Counted from the first letter of the whole stretch, positions 34,442 through 45,433 are shown. The stretch: 63,354 bases of DNA, filler included, from Folioceros fuciformis (GCA_049999805.1; 17 parts of 17 records of this genome joined end to end with filler, not necessarily neighbours in it); one strand, 5' to 3'. Translations and numbers: made by a program. The notes: generated by a model from the sequence alone, not told the origin.

Positions 34442-36154
34442 TCAGAGGTGGAGGACACCAGATCTGGCAGTTAGAGCTGGTGTGAAGAACGGGGCAGCAC
34501 CAACGCTTCCGTAGTGTCCTTTGTCGTAGCCACCTGACGGGGCAAAGTAAGCGCCGTTGAGGAAGAGATCTTTGTTCGAATGACAGCTCCAGTGGCTCCA
34601 GCCGCCAGCCTCATGCTTGGTCACCTGCCAGATGAATTGAGGAACATTAGAGTAAGTGGGAAAACAAGAATTGTACAAAGGCTAGGAGGTGTGGCTCACC
34701 TGCTTAGCTCCTGCAGCCACATAGCGGTTGCCTTCGCTGAGAATGGTGGGATCTCCACTTCCACCAATTGCGTAGATGCCCCAACCATACGCATAGTCGT
34801 TGTTGATGACATGGAACTCGCCAAAGCGGCAGCGGGGCATCCTCTGCACGAGATTGGGTCCGAAGGTGTTGTAGGCAATGGTGACCTTCATATTCCTGTC
34901 GTCGGTGAAGGAATCGCTGTGACCCAGAAGCATCACCTGCGAGGACGAAGAGGGGCCAATTTATAAGCCAATCAAACAGCTGGAACCAGGAGAAGGGAGA
35001 GAGAAGAAGCCAAAGCAAAACATAAACCTTGTCGTGGTCGGAGAAATAGTTGTTGGAGATGGTGACGGCTGTAGAACCGTGGATGACATCAATGAGACCG
35101 TCAGCGGCGTGCCTGAGGGTGCAGTGGTCAATCCAAATGTGAGATCCTCCAAAGACAGTGATAGCATCCCCGTCAGAGCCACCCCGGTGGCCGGTGTGAG
35201 TGGTGTTGCTGATGACATCCCCGCTGTGGCCCGGAGCGCAGTTCTGAAAGGTGATGGACTCCACGATTACATGCGACACATACTGTAAGGTAAAACAGGG
35301 CGCTCCGTTGCCCACAGACACCTTCCTCCCGCGGCCGTCGATGGTCTTGTAGCCCTGGATGATGAGCTCGTTGTCGAGCTTGAGGTCCAAGTCCTTAGCG
35401 AAGATTATCCACAGCGGCTGAGGCTGGATGACGCCGTACCTGAGCGTCCCGGGGGCTGGGTTGACAGCGTCGTCGCCGCCGTCTGTGACGACGTAGTAGG
35501 CACCGCCTTTCCCTCCCGCAGCATCAGACCCGAATCCAACGGCGCAGTCTGCAAGCTTCTGCCTGTCGTCCTCCCAGTTGGGTCGCAGCCAGCAGTTGTC
35601 GATGGGATTGCCCTTCCCGTCTTTGCTACCACCCTTCGGAGGGGAGGGCACTGGGACACGGGGCTTCTTCTTCTTCTTCTGCACCTTCTTGCTTGTCTTG
35701 TTCTTCTTGGTCTTCGCCTTAGCGGACTTCTTCTTCTGCAGTCCCTCCATCGTGGAGAGCCTCCGCCACAGCACGGAACTTCTGCGCTTGCATCGCAACA
35801 GCCGGTGTCAACAACGTTTCTCCCGGATAAACGTTCGCCAAAAACCCACAAAAACCCACGAAAACCCACAAAAGCTACAAACCGGGCAAATGTTCTGGCC
35901 CCAAATTCCCTTTACCTCACGTCCTCATGACCATCCTCCTCCTGGTCGGCGACCTCCGAGTCAGTCCCGTTCCTGCTTCCGGTTGCAACCTCCAGCTCTT
36001 CCCCGACGACGTCCGCATCGGATTCCGCCTGCAGGTCGAGGTGCCCTACCCCAAGCTCCCGCTGGGCGACCGCCCCGAGGCGCAGGCACGAGGCGAGCAG
36101 CGGGAGGAGCAGCAGCACCGACCAGAGGGCGGTGAAGCACTTGACGCGCGACAT
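34442..36154 (-). CDS. Secreted pectate lyase (PL1 family), 4 exons, 470 aa
   Basis: Exons 36154-35916, 35781-35028, 34936-34700 and 34624-34442, all with GT-AG introns in consistent phase (1413 nt). Signal peptide, [36 protein letters not shown] and QRMPRCRFG. Confidence 0.95.
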
Positions 36155-37528
36155 GGCGGGAGAGGGAGAGCAGCAGGCCGGGTGATCCAAATCACCGGTG
36201 GGAGGGAGGCGCCGGCGTCACAAGTGCAGCATTGTGGACAGCAAGCGAGGCCGAGAAGAAGATACTGCGAGCAATCGAAGGGCATGTCCCGCTCTTGTAC
36301 CCCTCGCCTCGCTCAGCCTCCCCCTCAGCTTGCACGGACTGCAATTTGGATGTACCCAGCCAGGCCAACACGATTACGTAAGGTCAGATCAGGTCAGGTA
36401 AGGTCAGGCCAGGTCAGGAGAATCGAGAAGGAGACGTCTCCAACTGGAGACCGTCGGACGCGACCCAGCGGCTTGGCTGCTGTGATGCAACCTCCATATC
36501 CACGAGGAGCAAACATGGGCAGTGGAACGGCGAAATGCGTTAGCGCAACCCCGTCACCCATCCGGATTTGCTCCACCGGCTCCCGCTCTGCCCTTCCCTG
36601 TTCACACACTGTCATTTCTGGTTTTTTCTGCTCCCTTTCCTTTCCTGTCGGAGCGCCGAGGAGGAGGACGTACGAGGGTGCTGTACGTATTACGTATAAT
36701 ATCACCCAATCGTCTGCGTAGCCGTATGCCAGGGTCCCTTTAACCCCCTTCATATCTGTCATCCTGGAGCCCTGCCCCGGCCCGCCCTACGGCTCCTGCC
36801 AGACGACGTACGGAAGCACGCGGCGGCACTGGAACAACCGGCGGCAGCCGGTGGAGCCGCATGAGCGAGCTCTTGCACGCCGCGCTTTCCGTTCTCAACT
36901 GCCATAACTGTCAGTCCGTCAAGAGACGGGTTGCGCCTTTGGGGCCTGGGCAAAGCCCTTTGGGAATCAGACTACGCTTCATTTGTGAGTGGCCCGCGCT
37001 TAAGTCAAGCCCCCAGATTAACGTGTACACACGAAAACAAAAACTAAGCACATAAAAGATTCACTTAAAGTAGAGCATATCTATGTGATTACATTAAATC
37101 ATCTAGTTAAGTCTTTGCACTTTCTGGACCTCTATCTTTCCTTGTACGAAAACATAGTAGTGTGGAATCTCGGAGACATAAATGTGCTTTCACTTGATGT
37201 GCTCTTTTTTATTTCTCTTTCAATTCCTCCGCCAAAATCTGTATCTCAATGACTCTCCCTCTTTAGTTCCTTCTCGACAAATTCTCTCACACTTCCAACA
37301 ACCATTTGGAAGGACAATATAGACGATACTAGTTGTGCAACTTGCAGCTAGTAATCAAGAGCATTGTACGAAGTGGGAACAATTATCGATAGTTGCACAA
37401 GTACTAAAGCATTATGGGCATAAAGTACTTCAGGCATGTTGTACTCAAGCTTCACATCTGTGTTCCATCTCATAATCATAACATGGACCAATGACCCCAC
37501 TTGACTGTACGTGTATGCATTACCGAGA

Positions 37529-37867
37529 GCTTCACTTCATGTTGTCCATGTCCTTTGTAGTCGAGCGTCACTCCTTGTTGTCCTGTCCATGTCCTTTGTA
37601 GTCGAGCGTCACTCCTTGTTGTCCTTTTGTAGTCAAGCTTCACTTCACGATGTCCTTTGTAGTGAAGGCTCACTGCACATTGTCCTTTGTTATCAAGCTT
37701 CAACTCACAATGTTCTTTGCAATGGAGCCTCAATCTCTCTTCACATTGTCCTTCGCAATCGAGCCTCAACCTCACTTAACATTGCTCTTTGCAAACAAGC
37801 CTCAACCTCACACTACATTGTCCTTTGTAGTCAAGCCTCGACGTCACTTCACGTTGTCCTTTGCAAT
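37529..37867. repeat. Minisatellite with mostly 30- and 36-bp units (CTTCACATTGTCCTTTGTAGTCAAGC core), about 10 copies
   Basis: Recurring TGTCCTTTG...TC(A/G)AGC visible throughout the interval. Confidence 0.85.
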
Positions 37868-39777
37868 TTAAACCATAGACTGTGTACTTTTCTGTGTCAC
37901 GATGAACATTATGATGCCTTACATACTTTCTTTCAAAGAAGATCATATCTACCTACAAGAGCCACACTATCTCATAGTATGCATCCTCTAAGTAATTAAA
38001 TCATTAGCAAACACACTTCACAACATCTGTATTATTTCATACTTAGTGTCCTCTTCCCAATCCAAGCTTGGTTCCATTTGAGTGACATTTCAAATCTAAA
38101 AATTAAATGTATTGTATGTGACTATATGCTTATTGGTCTTGATGTTAAGACTTCCAACATTTTGAAGCATTCATCATTTGGTTTCTTAGACTCTATTTGG
38201 CACAAGCTCATTCTATCTCACAAGCAAGGACATCACTTTTAACTAAAATTCATCTCTTCTTGCTCTTCTTGGAAAACTGAAGACCTTTTAATTAAAATTC
38301 ATCTCTTCTTACTTTTCTGGGAAAACCGATGACAAGTTGATGACAAGTTGCAGTTGATGACAAGTTGCAGTCTGCTCTTACACTGAGACCATTCAACAAG
38401 TGCCTGCAAGACGTGAGTATAACAGTCCTTTGCCTTCAGGCAACAACCCTTGCTCAAGGAGCGAATTGGCAACACTTCCACGTATCAGAGTTGACGCCTC
38501 ACTCAATTCTTTCATATGCATTAAAATGAATAATCTAGACTGTGACAAGCCAGCCATTTAACCTGACCGTTTATCTCCGGCACAAGAGTCTTGACACAAC
38601 ACAAGTGCCGCAAAAGCAGCCCATAAGAATGATGAAAAAGGGGGGGACTTGAGCACACCTCCCATAGTTAGGTTTGCTACATTCCTCGAGGAGTCGTCCG
38701 ACAACCTCATCAGCAAAAAGTTTCGCAAGACAGATAAATTGCACTAGCTCTTCAAGGCGAATCATTGCAACGTTGCAAACCCGTGTGCCAGAGCATCATC
38801 ATCATAATCCACATACTGATTTGGGCACATGGACCGCGTCCATACTGTCTTTGCAGGTACCTGCCGTCAAAGCATCAGGTAACTACTTTCTTCCACGAGT
38901 GGAAACAAGCTTGAAGATGGCAGTGCCCGGATACGTCTCCCCAAGCGATGAGGTGATCACACAACCCTTGGCCTGATAACACAAACAGCTCAATTCCTCT
39001 TGCCAAGACCTGGCAGATAACCAGGAAGATGCCAAAACCTTTCCTTGTCCTCAGTCATTTGCATGTAACCAAGTTTACATAGGGGTTGGCTGGGGATGCG
39101 CTCACTTACTACCCACGACAACAGTTCTGAAATCAGCATGGGAAAGGATCTCCTTACCTTACCCTCAGCTGTTACAGGTGGTGCACATCATCTTCGTGCA
39201 AATGCTGCTTGACAAGTTGTTTCCATTTAAAGGCGACTAAGTGGGACAATTATGGATCGAAAGTCTTCAAAGTGTGCACTACCTGTCTCCCTAAGGCTTG
39301 GAACACATAAGCCTCACATTTGCATGCGGAAATGCAACATTTCCACATGCCTGAAGTGCAAGCGTGTAACTAAGGCAGACATCATTGGCAGGAGTCCGTC
39401 GATGAGACACAGCCACGGTGCTAATCTTTCCTGAGCTGTTGAAGTTCCAGCTTGCTTTCATTCTGTGTGATGTGAATGTGCTGTCTGTAAAGGGGACTGT
39501 TCCCCATCCAGCAAGTAGGCATTACCACAAAGAATGTGCCGCCTGTAGCATCAACTAGGATATCGTAGGCTCCATCTTTCTTCATCAGATAAAGCCCCCA
39601 GCACCTGCTGGTTTCCGAACTCTGTCGTTGCAGGTAGCACATGAAACACATCGCCATCGCCTTTTTCATGGTACACCACAAAACAGAGTGGATCCACGAA
39701 GGAACAAAACTCACCACCTGGACACTGGCCTTCGCGTTTTCGAGGTCACCAGCCGACCACTCGTTATTTTCTCGTTC

Positions 39778-42700
39778 TCACGGTCGGCCCTTGCAGCTGC
39801 AGAAGCCAGCTGCAAACCGATGCACACGGTGGGCATCCCTCACAACAATGTCTCTCTTCTCAACCCTGGACAAGACCTCAGTGGAGCTATGGCAGTCACT
39901 GCACATGCGTAAGTTCTTAGTCACCAGCAGAGGTGTGCCGCTGGGAGTGTGCAAGAGACCGTAGGCCAGAGCAAGCTTTTCAGCATGCCCGCAAAGCATG
40001 TCGTTCTTTTCCTTCTCAGACAGAGGCTTCAGCACCAGCTTTGTGTGGGGTGTGTGACCCCCATCCTGCTGCAGGCGGAGGTTCATGCTCGCTAATTTGA
40101 GGGAAATATCGTCCCTGGTTTCTCCAACCATGAATGTATGTACCTCGTTCTTGATCTCGATGCCTGCGACTGCAAGTTTCTTGTTGGCCCCTGCTGCTAT
40201 TCTCCGAGTTTCTATCCTTTCTACGTCTGTCCACCGACCTGCGTCTGCGTACACATTGGCCATGAGGACATATGCGGACGCCTGCTGGGGGTCCAAGCTG
40301 ACTAGGCTTTCAAAACACCGGGTCGCACGCTCGATGTCTCCGTGGCTTTTGCAAGCATTCAGCAGAGATGTCAAGCCCACGTCATTGTCTTGGCTTTCAC
40401 ATGACAGTAGCATCTTCTCTGCCTCAGCTAAATGGCCTGCACGCCCGAAAAGATCAATCATGCAGTTGTAGTGCGCCACAGTAGGTTTGATGCCGTGTTG
40501 TGCAACCATGGCTTCGAAGTACTTACGACCCTCTTCTACCAGGCAGTCATGACTGCATGCTATGAGAAGGCAAACGAACGTAGCATCGTCGGGCTCAATA
40601 CCGGCTGCTAACATCTCCTCAAAGCAAGCCAGGGCTTTTTGACCTTCCCCACAAGTTCCAAACCCGGATATCAGGGCTGTCCATGTCGCAACAGTCTTTA
40701 TGGACAAACTATCAAAAGCCCTACAGGCATCCTCCATTTCACCACATTTCGCATACATGTCCACAAGGCAGTTACCCAGCAGGATATCATTTTCTAGCTC
40801 TCCTCTCCCCGCGAGCTCTGAGTGCAGCTGCCTCCCAAGCTGTATGGCCCCGCCGCTTCCACAGGCCTTCAACAGGCCAGCAAAAGTACAGCGGTCAGCC
40901 AAAATCAGGCCCTCCTGTTCCATTTGTCCATACAGATCAAGTGCCTCTTGGCACAGTCCTTGCTGTGCATACCCTGCTATCAAAGCATTCCACGACCCAA
41001 CATCTTTTAGCGCCAAACTGTCAAAGACCTGGCGTGCATCTTCCAGTTCGCCACACTTGGCATACATGTCGACCAGGCAGTTGCCCACCAGCGTGTCATT
41101 TTCTAGCTGTCCTCTTTCTACGATCTGTAAATGCAGCTGCCTGCCCTCTCGTAAGGCACCAGTGCTCCCGCAGGCCTTGAGGAGGCAGGCAAAAGTAACA
41201 TGGTTAGCCAAAACCAGGCCCTCTTGATCCATTTGAGCATACAGATCAAGAGCCTCTTGGCAATGCCCTTTCTGTGCGTACCCACCTATCAGGGAGGTCC
41301 AGGTCACCACATCCTTTGAACCCAAACTGTCAAAGACCTTCCGTGCATCTTGGAGTTCGCCACATTTTGCATACATGTCCACCAGACAGTTGCCCACGAG
41401 AATGTCGCTCTGCAGCTGTCCTCCTTTCAGAATCTGCGAGTGCAGCTGCCTTCCCTCTCGTAAGGCACCAGTGTTGGCACACGCCTTCAGAAGGCAAGCA
41501 AAAGTGACATGGTTAGCCAACACCAGGCCCTCCTGCACCATTTGGCCATACACAACAAGAGCCTCCTGACACAGTCCTTGCTGTGCATACCCAGCTATAA
41601 GGGCGGTCCACGTCACCACATCTTTTCTTTCCAAGCTGTCAAAAACCCGGCGTGCTTCTTCTAGTTCGCCACATTTGGCGTACATGTCCACAAGGCAGTT
41701 GCCCACCACCAAGTCGCTTTGCAGCTGTCCTCTTTCAACTATTTGCGAGTGTAACTGTCTGCCTTCATGTAACGCACCAGTTGCTGCACATGCCTTCAGA
41801 AGGCAAGCAAAAGTGACGTGGTTCGCCAGAACCAGTCCCTCTCGCTCCATTTCTCCGTACAACGCAAGCGCCTCCGGACCCAGCCCATGATCTGCATACC
41901 CAGCTACAAGGGCAGTCCATGTCACCACATTCTTCGTGGACAAGCTGTCAAAAACCCGGCGTGCAGCTTCCAGTTCACCACATTTCGCATACATGTCCAC
42001 CAGGCTGTTCCCGATGAACATATTGGACTTAATACCACTGTGCAACACATCAGAGTGCACCTTTCTGCCAGATTCCAAATCGGCTGCAAGAGAACACGCT
42101 TGAAGAGCAGCTATGTAAACGTGGGCATCTGCCTTCACATCCGAGCTCCGCATCCTGTGGTACAATTGTATAGCCTCATCAGGTTTCCCGTGTTTAGCAT
42201 GTGCAGAGATTATGGAAGACCACATGAAGGTATCTGCTTTGCCCACCCTGGTGAACACATCCATGGCCTCTTCTAGCCGGCCTCCAGATGCATACATGCG
42301 CAAGATATGGTTCCCCAAGAATGTATTCGACTCATACCCAAGCTTCAGAGTCAGATCATGAACGCGTCGACCCGCAACCAGATCCTTCTTAGCGGCACAC
42401 AGTTTCAGCACATTATAGAACAAAGTCTGAGATAGAGGACACTCTGCATGCACCAACAATTCCAGGGCTTCCACAGCCTCAATGAGCTTTCCATCGTGAC
42501 ATAACGTGTTCACCATCCCTGTTGTTACGCAACCTGGCATATTTGCAAAGCTAGACTTGGAAGACGATGCACCATATCCTGTCTGCATATCCCAAGCAAT
42601 CAGCTGCTCATCCACCCAAGCCGGCTTGGAAAACCTGTCCAACCAGAGGACCTCGCCGGAACCCTTACGCCGGAAGTCAGGAGCACTGGCGCTCCTCTTC

Positions 42701-42837
42701 CCCCGCCTGTTATCCCACCACATGCTAGGGTCCAGAAAAAATTGCCGCCACAGTAGCTCCTGCTCCTGGCGCCGGCCATCGCTGGAAACTCCTTCCCCGG
42801 CTAAAGGTGTTCTGGAAAGCCCTGGGCTCCTTACACC
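39778..42837 (-). CDS. PLS-class PPR-E1-E2-DYW protein of DYW:KP/GRP type with an N-terminal OSB-like PDF motif; 5'-truncated by the gap
   Basis: Intronless frame open from the contig edge (42837) to TGA. About 21 P/L/S motifs, E1/E2, and a deaminase with HAEKLA, CSDCH and terminal CSCKGRP. LWRQFFLDPSMWWDNR...APDFRRK...LWL...PAWV precedes the PPR tract. Confidence 0.96.
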   Translation of the reverse strand, partial: GVRSPGLSRTPLAGEGVSSDGRRQEQELLWRQFFLDPSMWWDNRRGKRSASAPDFRRKGSGEVLWLDRFSKPAWVDEQLIAWDMQTGYGASSSKSSFANMPGCVTTGMVNTLCHDGKLIEAVEALELLVHAECPLSQTLFYNVLKLCAAKKDLVAGRRVHDLTLKLGYESNTFLGNHILRMYASGGRLEEAMDVFTRVGKADTFMWSSIISAHAKHGKPDEAIQLYHRMRSSDVKADAHVYIAALQACSLAADLESGRKVHSDVLHSGIKSNMFIGNSLVDMYAKCGELEAARRVFDSLSTKNVVTWTALVAGYADHGLGPEALALYGEMEREGLVLANHVTFACLLKACAATGALHEGRQLHSQIVERGQLQSDLVVGNCLVDMYAKCGELEEARRVFDSLERKDVVTWTALIAGYAQQGLCQEALVVYGQMVQEGLVLANHVTFACLLKACANTGALREGRQLHSQILKGGQLQSDILVGNCLVDMYAKCGELQDARKVFDSLGSKDVVTWTSLIGGYAQKGHCQEALDLYAQMDQEGLVLANHVTFACLLKACGSTGALREGRQLHLQIVERGQLENDTLVGNCLVDMYAKCGELEDARQVFDSLALKDVGSWNALIAGYAQQGLCQEALDLYGQMEQEGLILADRCTFAGLLKACGSGGAIQLGRQLHSELAGRGELENDILLGNCLVDMYAKCGEMEDACRAFDSLSIKTVATWTALISGFGTCGEGQKALACFEEMLAAGIEPDDATFVCLLIACSHDCLVEEGRKYFEAMVAQHGIKPTVAHYNCMIDLFGRAGHLAEAEKMLLSCESQDNDVGLTSLLNACKSHGDIERATRCFESLVSLDPQQASAYVLMANVYADAGRWTDVERIETRRIAAGANKKLAVAGIEIKNEVHTFMVGETRDDISLKLASMNLRLQQDGGHTPHTKLVLKPLSEKEKNDMLCGHAEKLALAYGLLHTPSGTPLLVTKNLRMCSDCHSSTEVLSRVEKRDIVVRDAHRVHRFAAGFCSCKGRP

Positions 42838-42937
42838 NNNNNNNNNNNNNNNNNNNNNNNNNNNNNNNNNNNNNNNNNNNNTTAATTAATTAANNNNNNN
42901 NNNNNNNNNNNNNNNNNNNNNNNNNNNNNNNNNNNNN

Positions 42938-43198
42938 TGACTGGAGTGAGTTTGTGGGCACCGAGAGAGGTGCAGCTGACCACTAGACAGTGAGGCTTGT
43001 CCGACGCGTGATTGGAGCTGGAGAGGAGCCCTCGAATCCATCACGGAGTCGATTGAGTCCGACCCTCCTTCCTCAGTAGCAAGGAACCTCATCGCTCCTT
43101 CGTGGGAATGGAACCCAATGTCTCAACGATAGTGGGATAAGTGTGGCCACTAAAGGTGGAACCCGTCAACAATCAGTGCCTGGGGTTTTGCCTCCACA
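42938..43198. repeat. LTR terminus family A, copy 3
   Basis: Matches 10767-11027. Ends CCTCCACA. Confidence 0.8.
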
Positions 43199-44595
43199 CT
43201 AACCCCAAAGAAGAGCATGCCGCCACCCACGACCCTACCAGGCATCATGCAAGCATGGTCGACACTGACTCCAGTCCTGTGAGGAAACAAGAATGACAAA
43301 TCATGGGGCATGACATGGAGAGCACGATCAAGAATTAAAGGGACCTAGCCCTTAACCCTGGCCACATCTTCTAAAAGCTTTACCAGACGTTGCACAACAT
43401 GCATAGAGGACTCCTAGCTCTAGTCCCTTCCTCTCTCTACAAGTTGACCACTAGGACACGACAACCAAAACAATAGTTTATAGCACACCATTATTCTAAA
43501 CTAGCCTACCCTACCATCAATTTGGCGAACCGCTAGCCCCCTTGCTGGCCCTTCCAACAGCTTTTGTTGATCCTTGGCTATTGTCTACTCTACTAGATCT
43601 GATGGGTGCCGCCTTCTTATTATTGAGTGACTGTCTACAAAGGCTTCTGCTGCCAATGCTCCCATGACGGCAGAGGTTGCCCTCGAGCTAGCCACATTCA
43701 CTCCTGCAGCATCTCCCCTCATGGTTCCCATGGTGGCTGACACACAGCCCTCATGGGAGGAGCACTTGTCAGTTTGTTAGTTTAGTCTTAAAGGGATGTT
43801 CTATGGGGCCCACAGACAATAGGTCAGACCTACCCGGGACATGTTAAAAGCAAGAAGAACACAGCAAAAGATGTTAGTGGAGAGGTTGCAAAAGTTGAAC
43901 TCTTAACACGACAAAGCTACAAGGGGCTAAATAATAAAGAACACTTGTACATGAAACATGGTCTGCGCCTAACGGTCGGATTCCACCATATCGGGCTTTG
44001 GATGAAATTATTGTGTAATTTTCATGGCACATATCCATGATTCTTTCAGTTTTCTATGCAACATGTGGAAATGAACTATAAAAAGTCAATGTTGTGCTTC
44101 CATGTCTTCATGATGGCAATTAAAGACAGCAAAATTATGGGTGTGTTACAGTAGAAGTGTATGAAACTACACAGTTACATGTTGGGAGTGATGTTGCCAA
44201 CCGCATAAGACTTGCCTTGATAAAATCGCAAATTTGCATTAGAGGTACAATGTCAATATTCCATGGTTCTTGATTTCGAACATTTTCTTCAAGAGTGTGT
44301 CTATAGACCGGCGCACTCTGCACGGACATCAAAGTGCACCGGTAGACTGGCCTTTGCATTTATGAGTATTTATATACTTTAACTGTAGCAAGACATCATA
44401 TTGACATACAAGTTGGTGTAGTGGTTGGTACTTAATTTATAATAGGGGAGGTTGTGAGTTTAGCCTTGGTTTCTACTTCTCAATATCAAAATCTTGATTT
44501 CTCTCTAGAAAACTTGGTTTATGAAAACAAACTTTAATTTCAACCAAGAAAATTTCATTCACATCTTCACTTAATTGAGTTAGAGTGCGCCGGCT

Positions 44596-44980
44596 CACTC
44601 AGACTCAAAAACTTTATTTTTGTCAAGAAAACTTCCTAAACATACTCGCTTAACTACAGGAGTGCGCCGATCTACCGGTGCACCCAGACTCGAAAACTTT
44701 ATTTTCAATCAAGAAACTTCCTTAATATACTCACTTAACTGCAGGAGGTCGCTGATCTACCAGTGCACCCGGACTCGAAAACTTTATTTTCAATCAAGAA
44801 ACTTCCTTAATATACTCACTTAACTGTAGGAGTGCTCCAATCTACCAATGCACCCGGACTCGAAAACTTTATTTTCAATCAAGAAACTTCCTTAATATAC
44901 TCACTTAACTGTAGGAGTGCTCCAATCTACCAATGCACCCGGACTCGAAAACTTTATTTTCAATCAAGAAACTTCCTTAA
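44596..44980. repeat. 85-bp tandem repeat, at least 4.5 copies, running into the gap
   Basis: CAC(C/T)C(A/G)GACTC(G/A)AAAACTTTATTTT recurs at 44596, 44681, 44766, 44851 and 44936. Confidence 0.95.
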
Positions 44981-45081
44981 NNNNNNNNNNNNNNNNNNNN
45001 NNNNNNNNNNNNNNNNNNNNNNNNTTAATTAATTAANNNNNNNNNNNNNNNNNNNNNNNNNNNNNNNNNNNNNNNNNNNNT

Positions 45082-45250
45082 TGGCATGGGAGTAAACCCC
45101 TTATCTCTTATCTTCGTATCTTTGGATGCCTACCTATGCCCATATCCCTTCTCAGCTTTAAGACAACCTCTTTGCTCGTGCTTGTAAGTTGGTATTCGTG
45201 GGGGTTATGGTAAGGATTGCAAGGTGTACAATTTGATGGAATTGAATATT
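45082..45250 (+). mobile_element. Copia integrase C-terminal fragment
   Basis: WHGSKPLISYLRIFGC...KLVFVG. Confidence 0.75.
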
Positions 45251-45257
45251 GTTCACA

Positions 45258-45433
45258 TATTAAAGTGTGTTCTACACGTACGCCTAAGAAGAATGGAAAT
45301 AAAAAAGATTGTATCTGGGCCTTGCACGAGTCTTAAAATAGTACTGGTAGTTATAAATATCAACTTAACCTAACTACCTAAGTTTCTAGCTCTAAGCATA
45401 GCAATGTAAATCAACTACTCAACACTCCCACTC
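45258..45433 (-). mobile_element. PPT and short 3' LTR of an inserted LTR element
   Basis: Minus-strand GAGTGGGAG (45433-45425) directly followed by TGTTGAG. The far boundary is approximate. Confidence 0.6.

Noticed and set aside
35578-36721. Long plus-strand ORFs (185 and 264 aa) over the pectate lyase 5' end
   Set aside because: Antisense shadows of a GC-rich coding and promoter region.
38300-39770. Possible extra gene downstream of the PPR gene (scattered splice-like sites, short ORFs)
   Set aside because: No consistent exon chain or recognisable protein could be built.
40085-42276. Repetitive plus-strand ORFs opposite the PPR gene
   Set aside because: Antisense by-products of the 309-bp coding repeat.
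44411-44470. tRNA gene
   Set aside because: Only box-like fragments, with no cloverleaf or acceptor stem.
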